A DNA stretch of 62,444 nt, filler included, from an uncultured bacterium (GTDB lineage Bacteria > Hinthialibacterota > Hinthialibacteria > Hinthialibacterales > Hinthialibacteraceae), in the NCBI GenBank assembly GCA_964449065.1. It is 4 parts of 4 records of this genome, joined end to end, with 100 filler letters (N's around TTAATTAATTAA, not from the genome) between each part and the next. Parts side by side here need not be neighbours in the genome. Positions count along the whole stretch, not along the records: positions 31,674 to 47,102 come from CAYVAZ010000098.1; 3 more parts are not named here. One strand, given 5' to 3'. Below, one piece after another: positions 31,674 through 41,140 of the stretch. Under the pieces are notes generated by a model, which was not told the origin of the DNA, searched no databases, and worked only from the letters and a program-made list of their open reading frames with translations. Position numbers and translations under genes: made by a program. How positions within the stretch are numbered: the stretch's first letter is position 1; each line of letters starts with the position of its first letter.

Positions 31674-32204
31674 ATCATTACCGGAACGTTATTTTATTTC
31701 CCAAATGTGGATAGCATCAATTTTTATATGCAGGATTTATTACCACTCATACGCAAGCGCTTCCCTGATATTAAAACCCTCATCATCGGTACCCGCCCAA
31801 TCCCCTCCATCCAAACACTGGATAGCAAAAACGGTATCCGTATTCTCACCGATGTCCCCCGCATGGAAGATCATCTCTATGCGGATGACATCTACCTTTG
31901 CCCGCTGCGGGTGGCAGCCGGTATCCGCAACAAACTCTTAGAAGCCATGTCAGCCGGAATGCCGGTCATCTCCACAAAACTGGGAGCAGAGGGGATGGAT
32001 GTAGAAAACGGTAAAAACGTACTCTATGCAGAAACGCCGGAAGATTTTGTCAGCCAAATTGAAGCGGTATTGGAAGGAAAAATTGATGGAAATCAACTAT
32101 CTCAAAACGCAAGAAGATACGCGGTCGAACATCACTCATTAGAAACTTTGAAAGAAAATACCGTAGCGTGTTATAAAAGGCTAGAGCAATTTAGATGCGC
32201 ATAG
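31674..32204 (+). CDS. GT4 family glycosyltransferase, 5'-truncated by contig start
   Basis: G.L.Y.PNVD, PLRVAAGIRNKLLEAMSAGMPVIST..GAEG; frame is open from 31674. Confidence 0.85.
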   Translation: MITGTLFYFPNVDSINFYMQDLLPLIRKRFPDIKTLIIGTRPIPSIQTLDSKNGIRILTDVPRMEDHLYADDIYLCPLRVAAGIRNKLLEAMSAGMPVISTKLGAEGMDVENGKNVLYAETPEDFVSQIEAVLEGKIDGNQLSQNARRYAVEHHSLETLKENTVACYKRLEQFRCA

Positions 32205-32285
32205 ACGTTTCGTAGGGGCACATTGCAATGTGCCCCTACGGCAAGTGCAATACCAATTCTCTGTCTATCCAACCTTGAATTGCTA
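32184..32285. mobile_element. MITE with (T/G)AGCAATT ends, TA target duplication, carrying a GTAG-type REP
   Basis: Imperfect ~25-bp inverted ends; TA at 32182-83 and 32286-87; perfect 30-bp palindrome CGTAGGGGCACATTGCAATGTGCCCCTACG at 32211-32240. Confidence 0.7.
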
Positions 32286-32310
32286 TAACAAAGTAGACCT
32301 CAAAACCAAC

Positions 32311-33972
32311 CTACATTCGTTTCATTTCCCTTAGACGCTTCATTACATCATTTCCTCCTTGACCGAAGTGGTCGTAGAGTTGAACGTATTCGGCGTAAAG
32401 CTTTTTATAGACTTCATGCTGTAGGGGATCGGGTTTGTACATTTCGTCTTGCAAGCGCGCCATGACCGCGGCGGCTTCTTGTGGGGAGTCGTACCCTGCA
32501 CCGGACTTTCCGGCAGCTACTGTTCCCAGTATAGCGGCTCCTAATGCTGATGGCTGCGATGATGCCGCCACGCGGATTTCCAGGCCGGTGATATCGGAAT
32601 AAACCTGCATAAGCAGTTTGTTGCGCTGGGGAAGGCCTCCGCAGGCGTAGAGTTCAGTGATGGGGATGCCGCTTTCGTTAAAGGCTTGGATAATGCGCTG
32701 TGTGCCGAAGGCGGTGGCCTCAATCAGGGCGAGATAGATTTCTTCCGGCTTGGTGGTAAGGGTCAGGCCCACAATTAAACCGGAGAGTTCGGAATCGACA
32801 AGAACTGAGCGGTTGCCGTTCAGCCAGTCGAGCGCGACCAATCCGCTTTGGCCGGGAGAGAGTTTACCGGCGCGTTCCTCTAAGATTTGATGCACCGTTT
32901 TATTTTGTTTTTGCGCTTCTTCGTAGATGGAATGGGGCGCGCAATTATCCACATACCACGCGAAGATATCTCCTGTAGCAGGCTGGCCTGCTTCATAACC
33001 ATAATAGCCGGGAAGAATACCATCCATAACACAGCCGCTCATGCCGTCAACTTTCATGCGTTTTTCTGAAAGCAGCATGTGGCAGGATGATGTCCCCATC
33101 ACGATCAGCATTTGTCCGGGAGTGGTGACGGCGCTTCCCGGCACGGCAGCGTGGGCATCGATGATAGCGACTCCAACGGCAATGCCCGGTTTCAACCCCA
33201 TCATTTCAGCGGCTTGCGGGGTCAGTTCACCCGCTTTGTCACCGAGCGGTTTAATATCAGACGAGAGTTTTGTTCCTACAATGCCGGCCAATTTCGGATG
33301 AAGTTTTTCTAGCAGCGATTGAGTGGGAAAACCGTCTTCTTTATCCCACATGCCTTTATAACCCGCCATGCAAGAACTGCGCGCTTCCTGCCCGCAGAGT
33401 TGTTCGACCACCCAATCACCGCCTTCAATAAACCGTGCGGCGGCATCATAGATGTCTTCGTCTTCATCAAGCACCTGCCAGATTTTGGGAAAAATCCACT
33501 CGGAAGACATTTTGCCACCATAGCGCTCTAAGATAGGGTCGCCTGCTTCTTTGATGGCAAGGGTGATTTGATCGGCTTCGGGCTGGGCGGCGTGGTGTTT
33601 CCACAATTTGGGCCAAGCGTGGGGACGGCTTTTAAGGGTATCTTGATTGCACAGCGGCCGGCCTTGTTCATCCACGGGCAAGACCGTGCAGGATGTAAAA
33701 TCCACTCCGATGCCGATGATGTCGTCAGGAGAGGCTCCGGCTTGCTTGAGCACTTCCGGCACGGTTACTTTCAGCACGTCCAGCCAATCGTTGGGATCTT
33801 GCAGCGCCCAATCGGGGCCGAGAGTTGTCCCATCGGGGAGTGACTCATCCATCACGCCATTGGAATAGGGATGAACATACGTTGCAACTTCTTCGCCGGT
33901 GGCAACATCCACCAATAACGCTCTGCCGGATTCAGTGCCGTAATCGATTCCCAAAGCCAATTTCCTGCTCAT
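32311..33972 (-). CDS. araB: Ribulokinase (FGGY kinase)
   Basis: GIDYGTESGRA, GVDFTSCT, LWKHHAA, MGTSSCHM, LDWLNGNRS, EATAFGT. Confidence 0.93.
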   Translation of the reverse strand: MSRKLALGIDYGTESGRALLVDVATGEEVATYVHPYSNGVMDESLPDGTTLGPDWALQDPNDWLDVLKVTVPEVLKQAGASPDDIIGIGVDFTSCTVLPVDEQGRPLCNQDTLKSRPHAWPKLWKHHAAQPEADQITLAIKEAGDPILERYGGKMSSEWIFPKIWQVLDEDEDIYDAAARFIEGGDWVVEQLCGQEARSSCMAGYKGMWDKEDGFPTQSLLEKLHPKLAGIVGTKLSSDIKPLGDKAGELTPQAAEMMGLKPGIAVGVAIIDAHAAVPGSAVTTPGQMLIVMGTSSCHMLLSEKRMKVDGMSGCVMDGILPGYYGYEAGQPATGDIFAWYVDNCAPHSIYEEAQKQNKTVHQILEERAGKLSPGQSGLVALDWLNGNRSVLVDSELSGLIVGLTLTTKPEEIYLALIEATAFGTQRIIQAFNESGIPITELYACGGLPQRNKLLMQVYSDITGLEIRVAASSQPSALGAAILGTVAAGKSGAGYDSPQEAAAVMARLQDEMYKPDPLQHEVYKKLYAEYVQLYDHFGQGGNDVMKRLREMKRM

Positions 33973-34082
33973 GACAAACTCTCCGTATGTATGGGGTGTG
34001 AAAACAGATTAGAATATGATAATAAGTATTAAACCAATTCGAATAAAGATATAGCCGTACTGAATAATCATTTCATTCACAA

Positions 34083-35318
34083 ATGCAGGGGAGAAAGATG
34101 CCGTTTTTACCGCAGACCAAAAAAGAACGTACCCGGTTGTATTATGTTATTTTATTATTGATCGTTGTGGGGATCGAACTGTTTTTTGCCTTTCAGTACG
34201 GCATCAAGCGCGATTCGGATTTGCGCGCGTTCACATGGGATACCGATACTCTGTGGCGGTTGAAGCGCAATTATGAAGGCGAAGCGTTTTCGCGTAAGAT
34301 CGAAACCAACGCGCAGGGGTTTCGCGGAACGGAGGAAACGCCCAAATCTGAAGAATTTGATTTGCGCGTCATCACGTTGGGCGACTCACGCACCTATGGG
34401 TTTGATGTGGAGAACGATGAAACCTATTCGGCTGTGCTTGAACGGGAACTGCGTGAGAATAAGATAGACTCGCAGGTCTTAAATGCGGGGACGCATGGGT
34501 TCTCAGCCGTACAATGCCGCGCGAAGTTGGAGTCGCTGTTGGATTACAAACCGGATATCGTCGTCTTCGCGCCGGGGTATAATGACCGGCGGTATTTGAT
34601 TACCAGGCCGCCGGATGATGATGATAATTTTGCCGGGACAGCGCGTTTGCTGCAAGCGAAAAGCATTGTGGAACTTAGCCACACAATGTTTGGATTGCTG
34701 TATGTGATGGGAAAACAGAAATTGCAACAAATTATTAACAATCCGCCCCCGTTGAATGAAGTGAAGGTGAGAGTATCCGAGAAACGGTTCGCGCTGGAAT
34801 TGGACAGGGTTGCGAAAATTTGCAGAGAGAACAATATCCAACTGATCTATTTGGCGATGCGCAGCGACCCGGGGACGTACGGGTTTATTGATCATACCAT
34901 GCGGTTGCATGAAGAAGGAAAAACCGAAGAAGCCATTCAGCGGATAGAAGAAGCCGGGCATGAAATCCCAAATTATTCACACACCATCAGCCATTATTAT
35001 TTGGGGATGATGTATGAGTCGATTGGGGATAGCGATAAAGCCGCGGAAGCATACGCCGATCATAGGATTAATGGCTCTCTGTTTGGAGAATCGGTATTGA
35101 GGTTGGAACGCTATTATTTAAACCGAATGCGGGAAGCAGCGGAAAAATATCAAGTTCCCTTGGTTGATTCGAAGATGGCTATCGTCGGCTCTGTGCCGGA
35201 AAAAGATGTAGAAGATCATCTGTTTAACAAGTATTTTGTGGATGAATGTCATTACAACCCAGATGGCCATAACCGGATTGGGGCGGCAATCGCACAGACC
35301 GTGCTGTCTATGCAATAA
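34083..35318 (+). CDS. Membrane-anchored SGNH/GDSL hydrolase with TPR insertion
   Basis: TNAQGFRG, LGDSRTYG, NAG..G, GYND, DECHYN; TPR-like helices before the catalytic DxxH. Confidence 0.85.
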   Translation: MQGRKMPFLPQTKKERTRLYYVILLLIVVGIELFFAFQYGIKRDSDLRAFTWDTDTLWRLKRNYEGEAFSRKIETNAQGFRGTEETPKSEEFDLRVITLGDSRTYGFDVENDETYSAVLERELRENKIDSQVLNAGTHGFSAVQCRAKLESLLDYKPDIVVFAPGYNDRRYLITRPPDDDDNFAGTARLLQAKSIVELSHTMFGLLYVMGKQKLQQIINNPPPLNEVKVRVSEKRFALELDRVAKICRENNIQLIYLAMRSDPGTYGFIDHTMRLHEEGKTEEAIQRIEEAGHEIPNYSHTISHYYLGMMYESIGDSDKAAEAYADHRINGSLFGESVLRLERYYLNRMREAAEKYQVPLVDSKMAIVGSVPEKDVEDHLFNKYFVDECHYNPDGHNRIGAAIAQTVLSMQ

Positions 35319-35372
35319 TTGTCTATGCAATAATCCGGTTTCTACCAAATAAATAATGATTGAAGCAATAAA

Positions 35373-36065
35373 ATGGAACCCAACTATCACGCGGTCGTGT
35401 TTGAGGGTGAAACCACAGTGGATAAAGTCGCGAAGTTTCGCGACAAGATTCAGCAAGCGGCCAAAGAGCATCTTCACCTACTGATTGATTTATCGGAAAT
35501 CGATCACCTGCCTTCCATTTCCGGCGCCATTATCGGCGATTTACTGGATAAATTGTTGAAATCATATTATCACATCGTGATTTTGAATGTGTATGTGTTG
35601 GGCGAGCGCTTTATGGAAACCCATGAAGAAACGGAAACGTTTAAATTTTTCGATAACTACACCGATGCGGAAGATTTTTTCGCGTCGCATCCGGTTAAGG
35701 TTTTGGTGGTAGAGGATGAAGAGATATCCGCCCGCATGATCGAAAACTATCTGCAGTCTCATAATTTAATTGTGATTCGTGCGGTTTCCGGTGAAGAGGC
35801 GATTGATCTTTCGCAAAGCGAAAAGCCGCATTTGATTCTTATGGATATTCATTTACCGGAAATGAGCGGCTTGGAAGCAGCGCAATTTGTGCGCGGGCAT
35901 CCCGATACCTGCGGTATACCTATCATTATGCTGACCTCGGATTCGGACCGGGAAAAAGTGGAAAGCGCCATGCAGTTAAGCGTGGAAGGGTATATCCGTA
36001 AGCCATTTAACCCTCAGACTTTTTTTTCCAAGTTGTTGGAAGTTCTGGCGGGAAGTGAGAATTGA
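35373..36065 (+). CDS. Response regulator: N-terminal STAS-like domain plus C-terminal receiver domain
   Basis: LLIDLSEIDHLPS STAS-like; VLVVEDE, LMDIHLP, IIMLT, KPF. Confidence 0.82.
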   Translation: MEPNYHAVVFEGETTVDKVAKFRDKIQQAAKEHLHLLIDLSEIDHLPSISGAIIGDLLDKLLKSYYHIVILNVYVLGERFMETHEETETFKFFDNYTDAEDFFASHPVKVLVVEDEEISARMIENYLQSHNLIVIRAVSGEEAIDLSQSEKPHLILMDIHLPEMSGLEAAQFVRGHPDTCGIPIIMLTSDSDREKVESAMQLSVEGYIRKPFNPQTFFSKLLEVLAGSEN

Positions 36066-36111
36066 GATTTAACTCGTTATTAAAATTGCAACGTTCAAGA
36101 GGGATTATTGG

Positions 36112-36245
36112 CAATGCCATTGACGCAAGAAAATCAGTCTGAAAAAGCACCGCCTTTTCTCCGCCAACTTGCGAAAGACACAGAGGGGATTGTGTCCAAG
36201 TATTACAAAATAAATAAGTTTAAGAACGCTAAGTCAATGACATTG
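36112..36245. mobile_element. MITE with CAATGYCATTGAC ends
   Basis: Terminal inverted repeats CAATGCCATTGAC / GTCAATGACATTG; homolog of 24493-24638. Confidence 0.75.
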
Positions 36246-36322
36246 GAGTAAATTATAAGTAACCCGTTCGCAAACAAAATCCCTTTTTAAACTGACCGGA
36301 TTGAGCATCAAAAATTTATTAA

Positions 36323-36940
36323 TTAAGTACTGATTAACACAATCGTCGCAATCAACATAATGAAAAATGTCATTCCAACCCACACGAAAATTACGGATAA
36401 TAGTGTGTTTAATATTGCCCGCCAAACCGAAAACTGTTGTACCTGAGACAATGCTCGTAAAACAATGATCCCGTACCAAATAAGCAACAGATAATCGATT
36501 GCATAAAACACACCCACCCAGAATGATTGATCCTCTTTTGGAAAGCCATCCAGCAATACCCTTGAGCCGAATAATGCAATTTGAGGAATCAATAAGAGAA
36601 CCGACCAAATAAAGAGAACATACGACCAAGCAACCACAGCCCGTAATTCATACGGTGATGCTTGTCCACCAAGCCATTTGCCCGTGATGCGAAGAACGAA
36701 TGCGTAGATAAAAATACTGATTACTCCCATCAATGGTAATAACAATAGGGTATACAGTTGTATAGTTTGCGGATTTGGTATTTCAGGCAGCTGCGTTACT
36801 CCGCCTGCTCCTCCCCCTAATAGCCCCAAAAGCAGTACATACCGGTTGGGATCCTCATCCACAATTTGCTGGATGGTTTGACGCGGTTTGGTCAACATCG
36901 TGAACCAAGGATTTAGGGATTGGGATTGATTGGAGTCCAT
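36323..36940 (-). CDS. Yip1 family membrane protein
   Basis: NPW..M..KPR.TI, GKWLGG, R.V.AWS, multiple TMs. Confidence 0.85.
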   Translation of the reverse strand: MDSNQSQSLNPWFTMLTKPRQTIQQIVDEDPNRYVLLLGLLGGGAGGVTQLPEIPNPQTIQLYTLLLLPLMGVISIFIYAFVLRITGKWLGGQASPYELRAVVAWSYVLFIWSVLLLIPQIALFGSRVLLDGFPKEDQSFWVGVFYAIDYLLLIWYGIIVLRALSQVQQFSVWRAILNTLLSVIFVWVGMTFFIMLIATIVLIST

Positions 36941-36974
36941 AGTAATTTATACACTAGTACTATTTCATAAACCA

Positions 36975-37146
36975 GTACATCGTCACACATTAATTGATGG
37001 AAGCCTCGCCGTTGTTGCCCCCTTTTTGAAGGGGGGATTCAAGAATCACCGCAGCCCACCACTCGTGAAGCAATCTTAGGAGGGCGAGGCTCCCGCCGAG
37101 CCACAGGGTTTTCACCTTACCCGGCACTTTTTGTCTGTCAGTGTAC
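36975..37146. mobile_element. MITE (GTACATCGTCACACA / TGTCTGTCAGTGTAC ends) carrying two REP types
   Basis: Inverted ends; CCCCCTTTTTGAAGGGGG and AGGGCGAGGCTCCCGCCGAGCC inside; homology to 24645-24710. Confidence 0.7.
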
Positions 37147-37234
37147 TCGTTCTGTTCAATGTGGTAAATGAAAAGAAAACTTATTTGATCCATTCATTGT
37201 AAATCTACGAATACGAAAAAAAAGCATGTAAGAT

Positions 37235-38638
37235 TTACTCCCGGTTCATAACCGGATTGGCAGACGCCATACCAACTTGTTTGCCGTTAGGATTCACTCC
37301 GTTGACCTCTTCTTCGATCATATCCATCACAGTGACCTCCGGTTTTGAAGCGAGACAGCGTTCGACATCTTCAATCCAATCTTCTTCCTGCTTAATCTGC
37401 TCCATATTGGGGTGACGGAGACCAAGGATTGATTCCAGGCTTTCACGCAACGACATCATCGATGGATCGGCATTGGGGAAATACAGGCGTTTGCTTTGAT
37501 CGGCATGAATGAGTTCTATCCGTTTCAGTTCGGTAATGCACTCCCGCAGGCGCAGGACATTCCAACCGGTTGCTTTCTCCAATTCATCAAACGAAATACC
37601 CGACTTTTGAAAATGGAAATGGGAACAAATCAAAAAGAACACACGAAAGGTATACAAAGGCAGATGATCTTTCCGTTCGCGCTTGAAGTTCAGCCGCACC
37701 AGTTGCAAGTCATAATCCTGAATGGTTGTCGCGATCACGGGTCCCAGCAAAAAGCACAAATAGCTGTAATACAGCCAAATGATGAATACCGGGATGGCCA
37801 AAATCCCACTGTAGATGGTATAAAATCCGTGATCCAAATTGATGGAATAATTCATGTATAACCCAAAAGCGTGTTTAGCGGTTTCCCACATAAACGCCGA
37901 AATAAAACTGCCCATCATGGCGGGATACAGCCGAACGGGAATGTTGGGCATGTAACGGTTGGCAAACAAAAACGCAAGAAACGTAAACAGAAATGAAATT
38001 ATATAGTTCAGAATAAATTCATAGAGTTTAACATCATCCACCGCCGCGTAGGCTTTCAGTTGGATGGTAAAATATGCGGAAAGCCCAAGCAGAATCGGGG
38101 TCATGGTTAATAGCAGCCAAAATGCCAAAAACTGCTTGAACAACGTGCGGCGTTTGCGCACCATCCAAATTTCATTGAACGCGTATTCAATACTGTTAAA
38201 CAACCCCACACAAGCCACAATCAAAAACACGGCGCTGATAATCCGCAAATTGGCCGCGCCTTGGATGATATCAATCAGGTTCCGTTTAAAGTCAATCCAC
38301 TGTTCCGATAAGGTAAGATTTCCAGGCGATAAACCACCGCTATTTTCACTGCTTGGGTTCTCCAATACATCCTCGTTAATGGCGCCCGGCAAAAAATATT
38401 CGATCACGAAATCGAATATTTGATCTTTATCCGGCCCGGAAAACACCTCCAAAATGGATATGGAAATAATTAAAATCGGGATGAGCGCCAAAATTGTGGA
38501 ATACCCGCAGACCGACGCGTGCGACAACACGCTGCGCCGCATGAATACGCGCCAGCCGATCCGCAATCCATAAAACAACAGCATGGCTTTACTGTTCTCA
38601 GTCGATTGTTTGAGAAGACGGGAAGGATTTAAGTTCAT
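37235..38638 (-). CDS. YihY/BrkB family inner membrane protein with C-terminal HTH-like extension
   Basis: Y.TILALIP, IE.AFN.IW, WE.AK..FG.Y, IY......IPVF.IWLY; C-terminal Rrf2-like winged helix. Confidence 0.85.
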   Translation of the reverse strand: MNLNPSRLLKQSTENSKAMLLFYGLRIGWRVFMRRSVLSHASVCGYSTILALIPILIISISILEVFSGPDKDQIFDFVIEYFLPGAINEDVLENPSSENSGGLSPGNLTLSEQWIDFKRNLIDIIQGAANLRIISAVFLIVACVGLFNSIEYAFNEIWMVRKRRTLFKQFLAFWLLLTMTPILLGLSAYFTIQLKAYAAVDDVKLYEFILNYIISFLFTFLAFLFANRYMPNIPVRLYPAMMGSFISAFMWETAKHAFGLYMNYSINLDHGFYTIYSGILAIPVFIIWLYYSYLCFLLGPVIATTIQDYDLQLVRLNFKRERKDHLPLYTFRVFFLICSHFHFQKSGISFDELEKATGWNVLRLRECITELKRIELIHADQSKRLYFPNADPSMMSLRESLESILGLRHPNMEQIKQEEDWIEDVERCLASKPEVTVMDMIEEEVNGVNPNGKQVGMASANPVMNRE

Positions 38639-38657
38639 TGTATTTCCGCTATGGGAC

Positions 38658-40997
38658 TTAATTCAGCCATTGCAATATTTCATCATATCCGGCTTGTTCT
38701 TTGCCCACAGTTAACCGCTCTTCCGCGTTCAGTGTCCGGTAGGCATCCTTCGCCCAGGCGGTATGGAATACACCGTTGGTGTTATGAATATATAACGGAA
38801 CCGGAGCAATCAGCGCTTGCGCGCTGCGAAAATCTCCCGCACGCCGCAAACCCGGCACATACAATTTTCTCATATATCCGCTGTCACGCCCGCTGGGATA
38901 TTGTGCCGCATCGACTACAACTGCGTCAATCTCTTCCGCAAACGGAGCCGCCAAGACCGTCCACAATCCCGCGTCACCTTCGGCGATAACGGCTGTTTCG
39001 TTTACCACTTCATGCGATTGCAGGAAGATCAGGGAGGTGAGTATATCTTGAACGCGCAACGCGGTATCCGATTGATTGTAGGTATAAAAATGGCTGGTAT
39101 CCTTGTTTCGCTTGGTCTCAGTAATGGCCGAATGATGCTCTCCGGTTAAGAACAAATCCGGCATAAAGATAAACGTGTTATCATCAAGCAAGGATTGCAC
39201 CAGCGTGTTGGGGGTTCCGGTTTCCGAATCAAACCACCCGGATTTCCCTTCTTCATGCAACAGTAAAGCGCCTTTTAATTCTCCATACGCTGTTCGTGGA
39301 ATAAGCAAAATACCTGGAATTTGATCCCCTGCACCTTTACGTCCAATCACGAGTTTTATGACAAAGTAATCATCTTGTTGGATTTGCTGCAAACGCTCGA
39401 CTTGCAAGTCATCCGGATCGGGAAGTTCTACGCCCAACGTATGCTGTAATGCGGGAAAATAATCGTATCGCAGATTCTGTAATCCTCGTTGTGTGTTGGG
39501 GTAGCGTTCCTGCAACAATTCTTGAGAAGTACGTTGGAGATAGCGCACCAGTTCTTCTTCCGACGCGGCGTCCTCCGGCAGATCATTCGGAAAGACCCGG
39601 AGGTTCTCTTCCGGTGCCACTTCAAAGGGCTGTTCTTTAAATTCATCCGCGTTTGGACGATCCAAAAACCATTTGCCGAACCAAGCATAAACTGCCTCGC
39701 GGCTGTCTTTGTTGTAGTTGTGGAGAGCCTCCATTTGCACCATATCAACATGGGTAGGTGCGTCAAACAATTCGTACACGGAACGGATAGCGGGATACTC
39801 TACCCATGGTGTCTCGGTCGTCCAATCGCCGGTGTTTGATACCATCAGCAAAGGCCGGGGGGCCATCATTGCACTGAATTCCACATTGTTGGCATGGATG
39901 CGCAGGTTGGGCGCGTTCTCGCACATACACCCGCCTTGAAAGTGCGCGGAAATCATATTCACCGGGGCAGAGACTTTCACCCGCTCATCGACTGCCGTCA
40001 AAAAGTAAGTTTGGGTTCCCCCGCCGGATGCGCCGGTGCAGCCAATACGGTCTGGATCCACATCTTCAAGCGATTGCAGAAAATCAACCCCGCGAACGCT
40101 GTTCCAAAACTGAATACCATGGAGATGAATTCCCCACAACCACTCACGTTCTGTACCAAAGTCGTGTGTGAGTTGTTTGGAATCGACATAGCCGACCATA
40201 TCGTAGTTAAAAACGACATACCCTTGGCGGGCCAGGTTGATGGCTCTGCCCGGCACGGAACCGCGTTCTTCATCGGCGAGCCGGCCGCCGCTCCAATGCC
40301 CGTGCGGAGAGAGAATGCCGGGAAACGGGCCTTCTTTCCCCAAAGGCCGGTAGAGGTTTCCGGTAACGTAATAACCGGGATAACTCTCGAAGTAGACTTT
40401 TTCAACCGAGTAGCCCTCCCGTTCGATGCGGTCGAATATTTTCGCGTGCAAGGGTGTACGCGGGGGCATGGGCTGCACGCCCATCGTGGTGCGGATGTGG
40501 TCACGGAGTTCCATCTTGCGTTCAAGCCATTCGCGTTTGCTGTCGAATGAAGGAAAGTGGTAGTAATGATCACGGGTCGTACGAATAATGCCGGTGCGTT
40601 TGTCGTGTACATGTTGGGTGGGATCGTCAAAGATCTTAGCGTAGCGGGTATAGCCTTCGGGGCTCCATTCTTCATCCGCTGCCAGCGCGATGTATCCCGC
40701 TGGCAGGTCAGACGTTTCGGATTGGATATCGATTTTCAGGTTGGATTTTTCTTCAACTTTTATCTTCCCTGCGTTACGCCAGGCAAAAGAGTCTTGCTCT
40801 TCAGCAATTTTTAATTCCTGCCCGGCGATTTGCAGTGTACATGAGGATTTTCCATACACCCAAACATGATAGATGTTGGGCGCAACGGATGCGATGCCGC
40901 CCGCAAAATCTTTGGCGGGAAGAATGTAAGCCGCATTCGCAAAGAATGTTTGTAGTAAACCAAGCGTAATGGTCAAAAGAAAAATAGATCGTTTCAT
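38658..40997 (-). CDS. Secreted acetyl xylan esterase-like alpha/beta hydrolase (tandem domains)
   Basis: PHGHW, GCTGASGGGTQT nucleophile elbow, CMCEN, HNYN; second degenerate hydrolase domain. Confidence 0.82.
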   Translation of the reverse strand: MKRSIFLLTITLGLLQTFFANAAYILPAKDFAGGIASVAPNIYHVWVYGKSSCTLQIAGQELKIAEEQDSFAWRNAGKIKVEEKSNLKIDIQSETSDLPAGYIALAADEEWSPEGYTRYAKIFDDPTQHVHDKRTGIIRTTRDHYYHFPSFDSKREWLERKMELRDHIRTTMGVQPMPPRTPLHAKIFDRIEREGYSVEKVYFESYPGYYVTGNLYRPLGKEGPFPGILSPHGHWSGGRLADEERGSVPGRAINLARQGYVVFNYDMVGYVDSKQLTHDFGTEREWLWGIHLHGIQFWNSVRGVDFLQSLEDVDPDRIGCTGASGGGTQTYFLTAVDERVKVSAPVNMISAHFQGGCMCENAPNLRIHANNVEFSAMMAPRPLLMVSNTGDWTTETPWVEYPAIRSVYELFDAPTHVDMVQMEALHNYNKDSREAVYAWFGKWFLDRPNADEFKEQPFEVAPEENLRVFPNDLPEDAASEEELVRYLQRTSQELLQERYPNTQRGLQNLRYDYFPALQHTLGVELPDPDDLQVERLQQIQQDDYFVIKLVIGRKGAGDQIPGILLIPRTAYGELKGALLLHEEGKSGWFDSETGTPNTLVQSLLDDNTFIFMPDLFLTGEHHSAITETKRNKDTSHFYTYNQSDTALRVQDILTSLIFLQSHEVVNETAVIAEGDAGLWTVLAAPFAEEIDAVVVDAAQYPSGRDSGYMRKLYVPGLRRAGDFRSAQALIAPVPLYIHNTNGVFHTAWAKDAYRTLNAEERLTVGKEQAGYDEILQWLN

Positions 40998-41140
40998 AAT
41001 GGTATCCCCTTACTAGAATAGAACAGTATAACATCCCATATTGATGTTGTTGAGTATGGATCGCAGATAATTGCTTTAAAGTTGTTATCTGTTTGAAACG
41101 GGAATAAAGTATATTTCAAACTTTAACCTAAAGGAATTCC

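Noticed and set aside
35305..35334. Perfect 15-bp tandem duplication TGTCTATGCAATAAT at the SGNH gene end (also an 11-bp tandem near 30529-30550)
   Set aside because: Likely slippage or an excision footprint; no coding or evident regulatory consequence.
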